Notes: generated by a model not told the origin, from the sequence alone. DNA of 64,000 nucleotides from Chthoniobacterales bacterium (GCA_046262815.1 JBHELY010000011.1:1783-65782); one strand, 5' to 3'; positions 45,565 through 55,820 are shown, numbered from the stretch's first letter. Translations and numbers: made by a program.

Positions 45565-46734
45565 TTACCAGGCCCGTAACGCCGCCACGAGATAAGTTGC
45601 GCCAGCAATTGAGATCGCAACTGAACCCCAGCGCGACAACAACGTTGTTCGTCGTTCCCCTTGCCAGGTCTCGCCGCGCCAACCACGGGCGAGCTTCAGT
45701 GCGCAAAAGGTGGGGAGAACCACGACTTGATGCCCGAGTTCGACGCCCGCACTGAATCCGATGATCGCGAGGGTAAGGGAGTGGGTTGTCATCCCTTGCA
45801 TCGCTTCCAGAAGACCACCGGCAAAGCCCAGTCCGTGGAAAAGGCCAAAGAAAAATGCGACGGCGAGCCGGGTCCAGCCGCGGGTTTGTCGGGGCCAGAA
45901 AGCGTTTTGCACCGCAACAAAAATAATGCTGGCGGCGATCATCGGCTCGACGACGCGAGACGGCAGGCGGACAAGATCAAACGCGGAGAGAGCGAGGGTG
46001 ATGGAATGCGCGGCTGTGAAAGCCGTCACGACCTTCACCAGTTCCCACAAGCTGCGCACCGCCAGGACGAGCGCCGTGATGAATAGCAGATGATCGTAGC
46101 CGCTCAGAATATGAAGCATCCCGTGCCGGCAGTAGTCGCGAAACACCTGCCGGCGATCCAATCGGGGCCCGCCCTTGCCCTGGGCTGCTGCCTTTTCAGG
46201 CTGAAATTTCAACGGCTGGCGGCTCGTCATCAGCAGGCCTTCGCGAACCGGCCGCCCTTCCTCGGCGATTTCGACGACGTAACTTGCTTCCCATCGGTTT
46301 CCGGGCGCGAATTCGAATTCATTGAGGACGTCTTCTTCGAAGCGAAACTCGGATGCCGGCGCGCTTAACCGATAGATGAATTCGTAAACAAACCGGTCCT
46401 TTCGGCCGGCCAAATTCGGCGAGAGGGATTGCACTTGCTCCCCCTCGAGTGGCCGGCCATCGGCGCTGAGCCGCAAATGTTTCAGAAGATAGGCCCCGTG
46501 TCGCCGGGCCGCATCGTCCGGCGATTTCGCCCGCGAAGATTCGGGCCCGTAAGCATCAGCGACGAGCACTTCTTCGAGTGTGACCGTGGCGCGCACCGTG
46601 ATTTGTTGGGGCGAGATCGTTACGACCATCGCTCCCTGCGCGACCGGATGCGCGCTGGCGATGCCGGCCAAGAGACAAAAGACAAACGCGAGAACCAGGC
46701 ATCGTGCGCTTGTCAGTCTGCTACCGGTGGACAT
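45565..46734 (-). CDS. HupE/UreJ-family membrane protein with N-terminal periplasmic domain
   Basis: Trimmed to ATG 46734. GYDHLLFITALVL motif and a C-terminal multi-TM block. Confidence 0.75.
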   Translation of the reverse strand: MSTGSRLTSARCLVLAFVFCLLAGIASAHPVAQGAMVVTISPQQITVRATVTLEEVLVADAYGPESSRAKSPDDAARRHGAYLLKHLRLSADGRPLEGEQVQSLSPNLAGRKDRFVYEFIYRLSAPASEFRFEEDVLNEFEFAPGNRWEASYVVEIAEEGRPVREGLLMTSRQPLKFQPEKAAAQGKGGPRLDRRQVFRDYCRHGMLHILSGYDHLLFITALVLAVRSLWELVKVVTAFTAAHSITLALSAFDLVRLPSRVVEPMIAASIIFVAVQNAFWPRQTRGWTRLAVAFFFGLFHGLGFAGGLLEAMQGMTTHSLTLAIIGFSAGVELGHQVVVLPTFCALKLARGWRGETWQGERRTTLLSRWGSVAISIAGATYLVAALRAW

Positions 46735-47959
46735 GAAATGAATTGTGCTTCGGATTGATCCGGGCCGCTTCCGCCAGGATTTTTTTTCCGCGATCCGGAT
46801 CACCGGCGGCGAGAAGAATCATTCCCGCATGGTCGAGGATGTGCGCGTCTGGCGGGCCGCGCGCCACGATTCGTTTCATGATCTCGGCCGCTTCCGCATA
46901 CTGCCCTCCACGATAAAGCACCCAGGCCAGGGTATCCTCGGCGGCGGCGGTGTGTCGCAATTCCAAATCGCGCCGCGCCCATTTCAATGCTTCCTCGGGC
47001 TTCTCTTCCACGTCCGCGAAAAATCCGGCGAGATGATGAAAATAATGGGCGTTACCTTCGTTCGCGTTCTTTAGGTAAGAGTCGCGCGCTTGCGTACGCC
47101 AGCGTGCAGCCTCCGCGATTTTGCCCATTGCTGCATACACGTCGCCCAGCGCCTGGCAAAATTCCGGACGCGCCGTTCGCTTGATCACCTGTTCGTAAAG
47201 CCGAATCGATTCGTCGTATTTTTCCTGTGCCGCCCGGAGCTCGGCGAGATGTTCCTGCGTCACGAAATTGTCGGGCTGTTCGCGAAGCGCAGATTGAAAA
47301 TATTGTTCGGCCGCGTCCCACTGCCCGGTATTGAAGGCCAGTTGTCCCAGTTGGATCAGACACCAGGCCACGACTTCGGGTGATGGAGAAGACGCTGCTC
47401 TGGCGGACTGAAGCGCTTTGTCGAAATGCGCGCGCGCCGCAGCGAATTCGCCGCTCACCAACTCGAGCCGAGCCAGACGCGACTCGGTTTCGATCGGATC
47501 GGCCGGACGTTTTTGTATCTGCGCATAAGCGGCCGCGGCCTCATCCAGATCGCCGAACTCAAGGAGCGCATCACCGAGCAGGACAAACCCACGACTCTTG
47601 CCCGGCTCAATCTTCGTCAAGCTCAGCGCAAGATCGCGTGCGGCCGCGAAATGATGCGACTCGTACTCGACCTGCGCGCGAAGGAATAAGCCCGTCGCAT
47701 TTTGCTCCGCCGGGACCGAAGCCAACGATCGCCGCACGGCTTCCACCGCCCGGCGCAACCATTCGTAGTCTCCGTTTTCGCGCAGGCGCTGAAGATAAAT
47801 GTCCGCGAGACGATTTTGCGCGAGATGGTCATCGGGATCGCGCCGCACGCGATCTTCCAGAAATCGCTCCACGCGCTCGGTCTCGGAGTCTGCCGAACTG
47901 GTCACGCCGCCGCTCGCTACGGCCGCAAGCCACATCACCAGAAGGAGCGAGATCCTCAC
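46721..47959 (-). CDS. TPR-repeat exported protein
   Basis: 412 aa with a signal peptide and many TPR-like repeats. 14-nt overlap with the HupE gene. Confidence 0.75.
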   Translation of the reverse strand: MRISLLLVMWLAAVASGGVTSSADSETERVERFLEDRVRRDPDDHLAQNRLADIYLQRLRENGDYEWLRRAVEAVRRSLASVPAEQNATGLFLRAQVEYESHHFAAARDLALSLTKIEPGKSRGFVLLGDALLEFGDLDEAAAAYAQIQKRPADPIETESRLARLELVSGEFAAARAHFDKALQSARAASSPSPEVVAWCLIQLGQLAFNTGQWDAAEQYFQSALREQPDNFVTQEHLAELRAAQEKYDESIRLYEQVIKRTARPEFCQALGDVYAAMGKIAEAARWRTQARDSYLKNANEGNAHYFHHLAGFFADVEEKPEEALKWARRDLELRHTAAAEDTLAWVLYRGGQYAEAAEIMKRIVARGPPDAHILDHAGMILLAAGDPDRGKKILAEAARINPKHNSFHVHR

Positions 47960-47992
47960 CGCCGGAAAGTCAAATCCTTCAGGTCGGAATCA

Positions 47993-48691
47993 TCACCACG
48001 GGATCACTTTCCGGTCTTTCACGAATTTGCCGGTGAGATCGTGCGGCGCGTCCGTGGCGAGCCAGACAATCGTGGCGGCGCCTTCAGCGACTGAACGATT
48101 CGCGTTTTCGCCGCCCATGTCGGTTCGAACCCAGCCCGGACAAACGCTGTTCACGGCGAACTTCGGAAGCGCCGCGGCGAGTTGAACAGTGACGCCGTTG
48201 AGCGCCGTTTTCGAAACGCAATAGCCGGGCGCCCAACCGTCGGCGCCGCCATCGAGCTGTCCGCCGCCGCTCGAGACGTTCACGATTCGCGGTTCGCGGC
48301 TTTTCTTGAGTAACGGCCCAAACGCCTGGGCGACCAGCCACGGACCCAGCGTATTTGTGCGCAGCGTCCTCTCAAAAATTTCTGGGGTGATCGAAAGCGC
48401 ATTCTCGTCGTCATCGAGAAGAATCCCGGCATTGTTGACGAGCACGTCGAGATGATCGCTCTGTCGCGCCACTTCTTCGGCCGCTCGCCGGATGCTCTCA
48501 AGATTAGCGATATCGATCTCGACAAAAACAACGTCACCGTCCTTGCTCAGTTTTTCGACGGCGGCGCGACCGGCTGTGACGTTTCGAGCGCCGAGAAAAA
48601 CACGAAAGCCCATTCGGGCCAATTCTCTCGAGACCTCAAATCCGATTCCTTTGTTCGCACCGGTAACCAGTGCGGTCCTTTGATTCCTCAT
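47993..48691 (-). CDS. SDR-family oxidoreductase
   Basis: 232 aa. TGANKGIG and NNAG motifs. Confidence 0.85.
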   Translation of the reverse strand: MRNQRTALVTGANKGIGFEVSRELARMGFRVFLGARNVTAGRAAVEKLSKDGDVVFVEIDIANLESIRRAAEEVARQSDHLDVLVNNAGILLDDDENALSITPEIFERTLRTNTLGPWLVAQAFGPLLKKSREPRIVNVSSGGGQLDGGADGWAPGYCVSKTALNGVTVQLAAALPKFAVNSVCPGWVRTDMGGENANRSVAEGAATIVWLATDAPHDLTGKFVKDRKVIPW

Positions 48692-50709
48692 GGCGCGACC
48701 GGTTTATGCGGCGTGATCCACTTCGTGTACCAATCGAGGTAGCGTTTGTAGCGGTCGATGATGTAACTCGGCTTGCGCAGTCCGTGATTTTGCCCGGGAT
48801 AAATGACGAGCTCGGTCGGCACGCTCTGGCTCTGCAACGCCTCATACATTTGTTCGCTGTTCAGCAGCGGCACGTTGAAATCGGCTTCGCCGCACAGAAA
48901 CAGCGTCGGTGTTTTGATCTTGTCCGCGTGAAGAAACGGATAGGAAATCCGCATCCAGGTCTCGGAATTTTTCCAGGGAACGCCGAGCTCGTTTTCATAA
49001 TCGGAGACGTATTGGTCGGTGCCGTAACCGGCCAGGACGTTTGAGATCGACGCCCCGCTCGTGGCCGCTTTGAAACGCGTCGTCGTCGCAATGAGATAAT
49101 TCGTGGAAATGCCGCCGTAACTCCAACCGCCGACACCGAGCCGGTCCGGATCGGCCAGGCCGCGAGCGACGGCATCATCGACCGCCGCCAGATCGTCCTC
49201 GACATCGCGATGGCCCCAATCGGCATAAATGCCCATGGCGAATTTTTCGCCGCGACCGGTTGAGCCGCGCGGATTCGGCATGATGACGGTGTAGCCGTTC
49301 GCCGCGAAGAGCTGCGCTTCAAAACTGAACTCGGAGGCGTACTGCGATTGCGGTCCGCCATGGGGACGAAGCAACGCCGGCGTTTTCGTTCCCGCGGCGG
49401 AATCGAGCGGATTCACGATGAAGCCGTGAATCTCAGTACCGTCGGCGCTCTTGAATTTCGTTTCCTCCGTCCGCGCGATCCGGAGGTCTTTCATGAATGC
49501 CTCCGATTGCTTCGTAAGATCGCGAAGTTTGTCCTTCTCGACCGCGAAGATTTCGAACGGTCGATCTGGTGTGCTGGCCCGCACGATGACTTTTCCATCG
49601 TGGCTAACATCATAGGCTGTCACTTTGCGGCGGCCGCTGGTGACGGGCTGGGGCGTGCCGCCATCTACCGCTACGCGCACCAGATTTTCGGCGCCATCGT
49701 CTTCCGTTACTGCGAAGATCGACTTACCGTCGGGCGCCCAATGTGGCTGCACGACATTGCGATCTAATTTCTCCGTCAGGACTTTCGCTGCGCCGCCAGC
49801 GGCCGGAATAATCGCGAGGGTGTTTACGGCGTATTCGATCTTCTTCGGATCGCCGCCGTGAATGTACGCGATCCATTTCCCGTCCGGGCTCCAGGCTGGT
49901 GCGCTCGACCACGGCGGAAACGCGTCTGCCTCGGGCGATGTCGTGAGTTGCCGATCTTTTGCGCCCGCTTGCGCGCCGATGATGTAGACATCCCAGTTTT
50001 CGTGGCGATCGGGATCGTCTCCGCGCTTGGTCGCAAATGCGATCTCGTTCCCGTTCGGCGACCACGACGGCAGCATGTCATCGTGCCGGCCAGACGTAAG
50101 CGGTTCGATCTTACGACTCGTTAGGTCAAGCAATTGCAGGTGCAAATGGCGATCGGTCAGATAACCGTCGATGTCCTTCTTGAACCAAAAACGGTCGATC
50201 ACGAGCGGCGGCACCGTTTTTTTCTCCTTTTCCTTTTTCTCCGGCTCCCGCGGATCGGGATCGAGGACGACGAGCGCGATCCGTTTCGAATCCGGCGCCC
50301 ACGCGAAATCGTCGATGCCTGCTTTTGCGTCGGTCAGCTTTTCGGCCTCGCCGCCGCCGATCGGAAGGAGCCAAAGCTGATCGTTCTCGTTGTCGTCCTC
50401 GCGGCCGGAAAGGAATGCGATCCATTTCCCGTCCGGACTCCAACGCGGATGTCTCGCGCCCTTGTTGCCGAAAGTGAGCGCGCGATTTTCCGAGCCGTCC
50501 CACTTCGCGAGCCAGAGATTGCCGGGACGCTTGTCCTTCTCCATGTCGGCGACCTTGATCACGTACGCGATCCAGTTGCCATCCGGCGAAATATTCGGTT
50601 CATCCACCTCGCGCAATTGGGCGAAGTCTTCCGGCTTCAAGATTCGACCCGGTTCCGCCGCCGACGCAGTCACGGCAGCGAAGGCAACAATCAGCCCGAA
50701 AAGTTTCAT
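48688..50709 (-). CDS. S9 family peptidase (propeller plus alpha/beta hydrolase)
   Basis: 673 aa with a signal peptide. SPDG repeats and the GWSYGG nucleophile elbow. Confidence 0.85.
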   Translation of the reverse strand: MKLFGLIVAFAAVTASAAEPGRILKPEDFAQLREVDEPNISPDGNWIAYVIKVADMEKDKRPGNLWLAKWDGSENRALTFGNKGARHPRWSPDGKWIAFLSGREDDNENDQLWLLPIGGGEAEKLTDAKAGIDDFAWAPDSKRIALVVLDPDPREPEKKEKEKKTVPPLVIDRFWFKKDIDGYLTDRHLHLQLLDLTSRKIEPLTSGRHDDMLPSWSPNGNEIAFATKRGDDPDRHENWDVYIIGAQAGAKDRQLTTSPEADAFPPWSSAPAWSPDGKWIAYIHGGDPKKIEYAVNTLAIIPAAGGAAKVLTEKLDRNVVQPHWAPDGKSIFAVTEDDGAENLVRVAVDGGTPQPVTSGRRKVTAYDVSHDGKVIVRASTPDRPFEIFAVEKDKLRDLTKQSEAFMKDLRIARTEETKFKSADGTEIHGFIVNPLDSAAGTKTPALLRPHGGPQSQYASEFSFEAQLFAANGYTVIMPNPRGSTGRGEKFAMGIYADWGHRDVEDDLAAVDDAVARGLADPDRLGVGGWSYGGISTNYLIATTTRFKAATSGASISNVLAGYGTDQYVSDYENELGVPWKNSETWMRISYPFLHADKIKTPTLFLCGEADFNVPLLNSEQMYEALQSQSVPTELVIYPGQNHGLRKPSYIIDRYKRYLDWYTKWITPHKPVAP

Positions 50710-50716
50710 GCCGCGA

Positions 50717-51934
50717 TTAACGCCGGCGCCGGCCGAACGAATAACCGCGATGAGTGCGGCCGCCGCCGATGGAACGTTTGCCGCCCTCGCTTGATTCAGG
50801 TTCGAAGAGCGCGGTGTAGAGGTAGGGAAAGTTTTCCAGCTTCAATCGCGGGATTTTCTGTCCCATGAAACGTTCGATGGCCTGGAGCGAGGCCAGCTCT
50901 TCGCCATTCATGAGAGTAAACGCGTCGCCGACATTCTGCGCCCGGCCCGTCCGGCCGATGCGATGGACGTAATCCTCCGGGTGCTCCGGCACATCATAAT
51001 TAATGACGTGACTGACGCCGGCGATATCGATCCCGCGCGCGGCGATGTCGGTCGCGACCATGATTTCGTATTTGCCGCTCTTGAAACCTTCCAGCGCCTC
51101 GACCCGCTCGCGTTGCGTCCGGTTCGAATGCATGACCGCGACAGAATGTTTTCCCTGCTTCAGTTTGTGCGCGATCCGATCCGCGCCGTGCTTGGTGCGG
51201 CTAAAAATGAGGGCGCTATCGAAATTCGTCCGTTCCAGAAGGGCCATGAGCAAATCGAATTTCTGCTCGGCGGCGACGGGATAGACGGCGTGCGTGACCG
51301 TTTCCGCCGGCGAACGGCGGGCGCCGATCTCTACAACTTCCGGCTCGCGCAGGACCCAGGCAGCGAGCCGCTCGATTTCCGGCGGCAACGTTGCGGAAAA
51401 GAGCAGCGTCTGGCGGTCGGTCGAGATTTGCTCCACGATGCGGCGGACGTCCGGGAGAAAGCCCATGTCGAGCATGCGGTCGACTTCATCGAGCACGAGG
51501 ATCTTCACGTGGCGAAAGTTGAGCGAACCCTGCTCGAGCAAATCCAGGAGACGACCGGGAGTGGCCGCGACGATGTCCATTCCGCGAGCAGCTTCTTCGC
51601 GTTGCTTTCCATACCCGACGCCACCGTGAACGACCGAAACGCGCAGGTCGGTGAAGCGGCCGTAATCGCGAAACGCGGTTTCGACTTGCGCCGCCAGCTC
51701 GCGGGTCGGCTCGAGAACGAGACAGCGGAAATCTCCGTGCTTGGCCAGCAGCGTCAGAATCGGTAACGCGAATGCCGCCGTTTTGCCGGTCCCGGTCTGC
51801 GCAGTCCCGATCAAATCCTTGCCGGCAAGAACGATTGGGAAGGCCCGAAGCTGGATCGGCGTGGGTTCGGTGAATCCCATGGCCTGGGTTCCGCGCACGA
51901 CTTCATTGGAGAGGCCGAAATCTTTGAATGACAC
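50717..51934 (-). CDS. DEAD-box ATP-dependent RNA helicase
   Basis: 405 aa. AQTGTGKT, DEVD, SAT, HRIGRTGR. Confidence 0.9.
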   Translation of the reverse strand: MSFKDFGLSNEVVRGTQAMGFTEPTPIQLRAFPIVLAGKDLIGTAQTGTGKTAAFALPILTLLAKHGDFRCLVLEPTRELAAQVETAFRDYGRFTDLRVSVVHGGVGYGKQREEAARGMDIVAATPGRLLDLLEQGSLNFRHVKILVLDEVDRMLDMGFLPDVRRIVEQISTDRQTLLFSATLPPEIERLAAWVLREPEVVEIGARRSPAETVTHAVYPVAAEQKFDLLMALLERTNFDSALIFSRTKHGADRIAHKLKQGKHSVAVMHSNRTQRERVEALEGFKSGKYEIMVATDIAARGIDIAGVSHVINYDVPEHPEDYVHRIGRTGRAQNVGDAFTLMNGEELASLQAIERFMGQKIPRLKLENFPYLYTALFEPESSEGGKRSIGGGRTHRGYSFGRRRR

Positions 51935-51992
51935 GGCGCGAATCTACGCGTTGTTAGGCCTCACACAACGGCCACCCGGAAGAGAAAGCCAA

Positions 51993-52445
51993 ATGCCCGC
52001 GAGCTTGAAGATATTAGTTCTCGCCGACACCCACGATAAGTTGCCCGCGAAAATCGAGGCGCTCGCCGTCGGCGCCGACGAGATGTGGCATCTCGGCGAT
52101 GTCTGCGCTCCGGGTATTCTGCAAACACTTGAGACGTTCGGTCCGCCCGTCTCAGTGGTGCGCGGAAATTGCGACAGCAATTTCGACTGGCCGTTGACCC
52201 TGGATCTAAAGCGAAACGGAGTCCGGTTTCGCCTCGTTCACATCCCGCCGGAGAAACCTCCCGACGACGTGGACGTTGTTCTTCACGGTCACACTCATGT
52301 TCCGCGAAATGAACGGGTGAAAGATGTGCGGTTCCTGAATCCGGGTTGCGTTACGCGGCCGAACCGCGGGGCACCGCCGAGCGTCGCTTTTCTGGAGATT
52401 GCCGCGGATGGAGAATTTAGTTGGCGGCTGACGGCGCTGCGCTGA
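51993..52445 (+). CDS. YfcE/MJ0936-type metallophosphoesterase
   Basis: ORF 51741..52445 trimmed to ATG 51993. LADTHD, HLGD, GNCD, HGHTH. Confidence 0.8.
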   Translation: MPASLKILVLADTHDKLPAKIEALAVGADEMWHLGDVCAPGILQTLETFGPPVSVVRGNCDSNFDWPLTLDLKRNGVRFRLVHIPPEKPPDDVDVVLHGHTHVPRNERVKDVRFLNPGCVTRPNRGAPPSVAFLEIAADGEFSWRLTALR

Positions 52446-52488
52446 CACGCGCGCCGCTGACCGGAATGGCCAGCGGTCACGCGGTGAA

Positions 52489-52707
52489 TTAACTGCGGGA
52501 AACAATTTCGGTCGCCAACGTGCGATCAGTGCTGGCGAACGGGGAGGGAACGCGCAGGCGCGCGAACTGCCAGATGCCGATTACCGCGCTCAGCACGAGC
52601 ATGCCGTAAACGAAGGTCTCAAAAAGACCGCGATCGTTTTCTTCCGCGCGAACGAGCAAAGCGTAAGTCGATTTCCGAACTGGTTTCAGGGACTTGTTTG
52701 TTTTCAT
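52489..52707 (-). CDS. small membrane protein, hypothetical
   Basis: 72 aa from ATG 52707 (MKTNKSLKPV...), with one TM helix. Weak support. Confidence 0.35.
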   Translation of the reverse strand: MKTNKSLKPVRKSTYALLVRAEENDRGLFETFVYGMLVLSAVIGIWQFARLRVPSPFASTDRTLATEIVSRS

Positions 52708-52864
52708 AAGGTTGTCCCTTCTTATGCAATGCCCATGCCACGTCTCGAAACAAAGCCCTAAGACATTATTTTCCAATTGATTGCGATTGGCGCACACTTC
52801 TGCGCGGCGCGGGAGATATTCCAGCGCTGGGATCAAGCCGTTCCGCTTCTGGGACGACGGTGAG

Positions 52865-53338
52865 CTACTTCTCTTCGCTCTTCTTCGACTTCTTCTCGGG
52901 CTTCGCTTCGTCGGCCGCCGCGGGCTTTGCGCCTTTGCGTTTCTTGCCTTTTTCCTCTGTGACCGGCTCGTCGATAACGATGGGCGCATCCACCCACTCG
53001 AGAAACGCCACCGGCGCCGCGTCACTCTTGCGAATACCGAGACGGATGATGCGCGTGTAACCGCCGTTGCGATCCGCCGACCGCGGCGCGATATCGTCGA
53101 ACAGTTTCTTTACCGCGTTCTTCTGCCGAAGAACGGCCAGCGCCGTGCGGCGCGCGTGGATCGAACCTTTTTTGCCCAGGGTCACCATCTTTTCCGCGAG
53201 CGGACGAACAGCCTTCGCCTTCGCCAACGTGGTCTTGATCCGCTGATGCTCGATCAAGCTGCAAACCTGATTGGCCAGCAGCGCTTTCCGATGCTCAGCC
53301 GTCCGGCCGAGCTTCACCGTCTTCTTTTGATGTCGCAT
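52865..53338 (-). CDS. rplQ: 50S ribosomal protein L17 with Lys/Glu-rich C-terminal tail
   Basis: 157 aa. MRHQKKTVKLGRTAEHRKALLANQ...GGYTRI. Confidence 0.95.
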   Translation of the reverse strand: MRHQKKTVKLGRTAEHRKALLANQVCSLIEHQRIKTTLAKAKAVRPLAEKMVTLGKKGSIHARRTALAVLRQKNAVKKLFDDIAPRSADRNGGYTRIIRLGIRKSDAAPVAFLEWVDAPIVIDEPVTEEKGKKRKGAKPAAADEAKPEKKSKKSEEK

Positions 53339-53359
53339 GGGATTGTGCCTAACGAGTGG

Positions 53360-54403
53360 TTATTCGCCGTTGCTGCCCGAGCCGTTCATGCTCGCACCGT
53401 CGGCGCTCGCGGCCGGCATATCGACCAGGCCTGCATCGAACTTCATGCCGAGACCGAGGCCGAGCTGCTGGAGCTTGTCCTTGATTTCGTTCAGCGATTT
53501 CTTGCCGAAGTTGCGATACTTCAGCATCTCCGCTTCGCTCTTCTGGGCCAACTGGCCGACCGTGGTGATGTTCGCGTTGTTGAGGCAATTCGCTGCGCGC
53601 ACGCTGAGCTCGATCTCGTTCACGCTCATGTTGAGAAGCTTCTTCAGCTTCATGTTTTCCTCGCTCACGCCCGCCGGTGTTTCGTCGAACTCGATCACGT
53701 CTTCGTTGAAGTTCACGAAGACATCGAGGTGATGGCGCAAAATCGCGGACGCCTGGAGCAGCGCGTCGTCCGGGGTGAGCCGGCCGTCGGTCCAGACATC
53801 GAGGATGAGCTTGTCGTAATCGGTCCGCTGACCGACGCGGGTGTTTTCCACGGCGTATTTCACGCGGGTCACCGGCGAAAAAATGGAATCGATCGGGATC
53901 AGGCCGATCGGCTGATCAGCCCGCTTGTTTTCATCGCCGGTGGCGAACCCACGGCCGACGCGCACTTCGAGCTCGGCGTCGAACTTGTGCTTTTTGTCCA
54001 TCGTGCAGATGAGCTGATCGGGATTCAGAATCTCGTAGCCCTGGGCGAGCTGGATATCGCCGGCGGTGACTTCGCCTTCCTTGTTGATGGAAAGCGAAAG
54101 CTTGCGCGGCTCGTGCTCAGTCGCCTTGAATTTGACCCGCTTCAGGTTGAGAACGATGTCGGTCACGTCCTCGACTACGCCGGGCAGGGTGGCGAACTCA
54201 TGCTGCGCCCCGGTGATTTTTATCGCGGTGATGGCTGCGCCTTCGAGCGACGAAAGAAGTACTCGACGAAGCGAATTGCCGACGGTGTGGCCGTAACCGG
54301 CCTCGAATGGTTCCGCGACAAAGCGGGCGTAGGTTTCAGTGGCGCCGTGCTCGTCCTTGACGAGGGTCTTCGGCATTTCAAAACGACCGTAATGAACTGG
54401 CAT
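53360..54403 (-). CDS. rpoA: DNA-directed RNA polymerase alpha subunit
   Basis: 347 aa. GYGHTVGNSLRRVLLSS... and the C-terminal domain LSVRAANCLNNANI. Confidence 0.97.
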   Translation of the reverse strand: MPVHYGRFEMPKTLVKDEHGATETYARFVAEPFEAGYGHTVGNSLRRVLLSSLEGAAITAIKITGAQHEFATLPGVVEDVTDIVLNLKRVKFKATEHEPRKLSLSINKEGEVTAGDIQLAQGYEILNPDQLICTMDKKHKFDAELEVRVGRGFATGDENKRADQPIGLIPIDSIFSPVTRVKYAVENTRVGQRTDYDKLILDVWTDGRLTPDDALLQASAILRHHLDVFVNFNEDVIEFDETPAGVSEENMKLKKLLNMSVNEIELSVRAANCLNNANITTVGQLAQKSEAEMLKYRNFGKKSLNEIKDKLQQLGLGLGMKFDAGLVDMPAASADGASMNGSGSNGE

Positions 54404-54612
54404 GGTGGAATTAAGAAGTAAGAATTATGAATTAAGAAACACGCGTTCTTCCCTCTTAATTCTGCCTTCTTCCTTTACTTCGCGCCGGGTTACCCCTGAC
54501 GAGTGCGGCTTCGCGTCCAGCGACGGAAACCCAGGGACCAACGGCGCAATTTCAAAAACTCGTTGCGGGACGGGAATGAACACCAGCGCCCGCTCTTTGC
54601 AAGCGACGATTT

Positions 54613-55050
54613 CTACCCTTCCACGATCTCGTCCGGCAATTCATTAGGCGCCGGGCCTGTTCTGGGGAAATGTTTGGCCAGCAATTCGCCGGTCGCTTCG
54701 ATCCCTTCCACCAACGCCTGGGTGAAATCCTCGCGCAGGAAATGTTCGCGCATCCGGGCAACAAGATTCTGCCAGAACTTTTCGCTGCATTTCTGGTGGA
54801 CACCTTCGTCGCCAATCACCGCGAACTTCTGCGCCCGCGGCGCGACAAAAATCAGGACGGCGTTGCGTTCGGCCGTCTTCTCCATTCCGAGTTGCACGAA
54901 TTTTTTCTGGGCGCGTTCCAAAGCGTCCTCGTCGAATTTCCCTCGCTGGAGAAAAATGCGGATCTGTCCGGACGTCTTCGTTTCCGCAGCTTTGATCGCT
55001 TTCACAATGCGATCGTGCTCGAGCTCGCGGATGAATCGATGCGTCCGCAT
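54613..55050 (-). CDS. TPM-domain protein
   Basis: 145 aa. ETKTSGQIRIFL...ERNAVLIFVAPRAQKFAVIGD. Confidence 0.75.
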   Translation of the reverse strand: MRTHRFIRELEHDRIVKAIKAAETKTSGQIRIFLQRGKFDEDALERAQKKFVQLGMEKTAERNAVLIFVAPRAQKFAVIGDEGVHQKCSEKFWQNLVARMREHFLREDFTQALVEGIEATGELLAKHFPRTGPAPNELPDEIVEG

Positions 55051-55055
55051 AAAAA

Positions 55056-55820
55056 CTACCAGCTGCCGCTGGATCCTCCTCCTCCGAAACTGCCGCCGCC
55101 GCCGCTGAAACCGCTAAAGCCGCCGCCAGATGAGGACGAAGATGACCAACCGCTGCCGCTTCCCCAGCCGCTGCTGATGAACGGCCCGCCCAAACCGGTA
55201 TAACCGTATCCGCCTCGGCGACGCCCGAGTCGGATGATCATCAACACTATGATTAGCATGATGATGAACCCGAGCGGCCCGCAACCGCTCGATGCCGGCC
55301 CGCGTTTTTCCTGGACGGTTTCGCCGGTTCCTTTGTATTCGCCGCGGATCGCCTTGAGAATCAGGTCAATCCCTTCCTCTAGGCCCCCCGCATAATCGCC
55401 ATTCCGAAAATGCGGATTTATGTGACGGCTGCGAATGTCGAACGCCGTCACGTCTGGCAGCGCGCCCTCGAGCCCATAGCCGACCTGGATCGAAATCTTG
55501 TGGTCCTGAATGAAAACCAGCATCACTACGCCATTCCGTTGTCCCTTCTGACCAACACCCCACGATTCCGCGACCCGCTGCGCGTAGTCTTCGATTGACG
55601 AGTCGCTTTCCATCTTCGGATACACGGCCACGACGATCTGGTTCGAAGTCTCCCGCTCGAACTGCGCGAGCTTTTCGTTGAGAGCCAGCGCCTTTTCTTT
55701 TGGAACGACGTTCGCGTAATCGTTGAAATACGCCGTCGGCTTGGGCGGAATCTTTTCCGCGGCGCTGACACTAACAGCACCAACCACGAGCAGCGCAAAA
55801 GCAGCGACAGCGCGAATCAC
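55056..55820 (-). CDS. TPM-domain protein with TM helix and Gly/Ser-rich tail
   Basis: 254 aa. FNDYANV...SNQIVVAVYP, with a GGGFSGFSGGGGSFGGGG tail. Confidence 0.8.
   Translation of the reverse strand: MIRAVAAFALLVVGAVSVSAAEKIPPKPTAYFNDYANVVPKEKALALNEKLAQFERETSNQIVVAVYPKMESDSSIEDYAQRVAESWGVGQKGQRNGVVMLVFIQDHKISIQVGYGLEGALPDVTAFDIRSRHINPHFRNGDYAGGLEEGIDLILKAIRGEYKGTGETVQEKRGPASSGCGPLGFIIMLIIVLMIIRLGRRRGGYGYTGLGGPFISSGWGSGSGWSSSSSSGGGFSGFSGGGGSFGGGGSSGSW

Noticed and set aside
52781-54421. 546-aa ORF on the plus strand
   Set aside because: It lies entirely antisense to the unmistakable rpoA and rplQ genes. Its Arg/Gly/Leu-rich composition is typical of off-frame GC-rich DNA. The same reasoning rejects 17456..18607, 20973..21785, 56152..57279, 57792..58574, 60702..61652, 62470..63246, 13808..14587, 4079..4873, 3099..3938 and 50134..50868.
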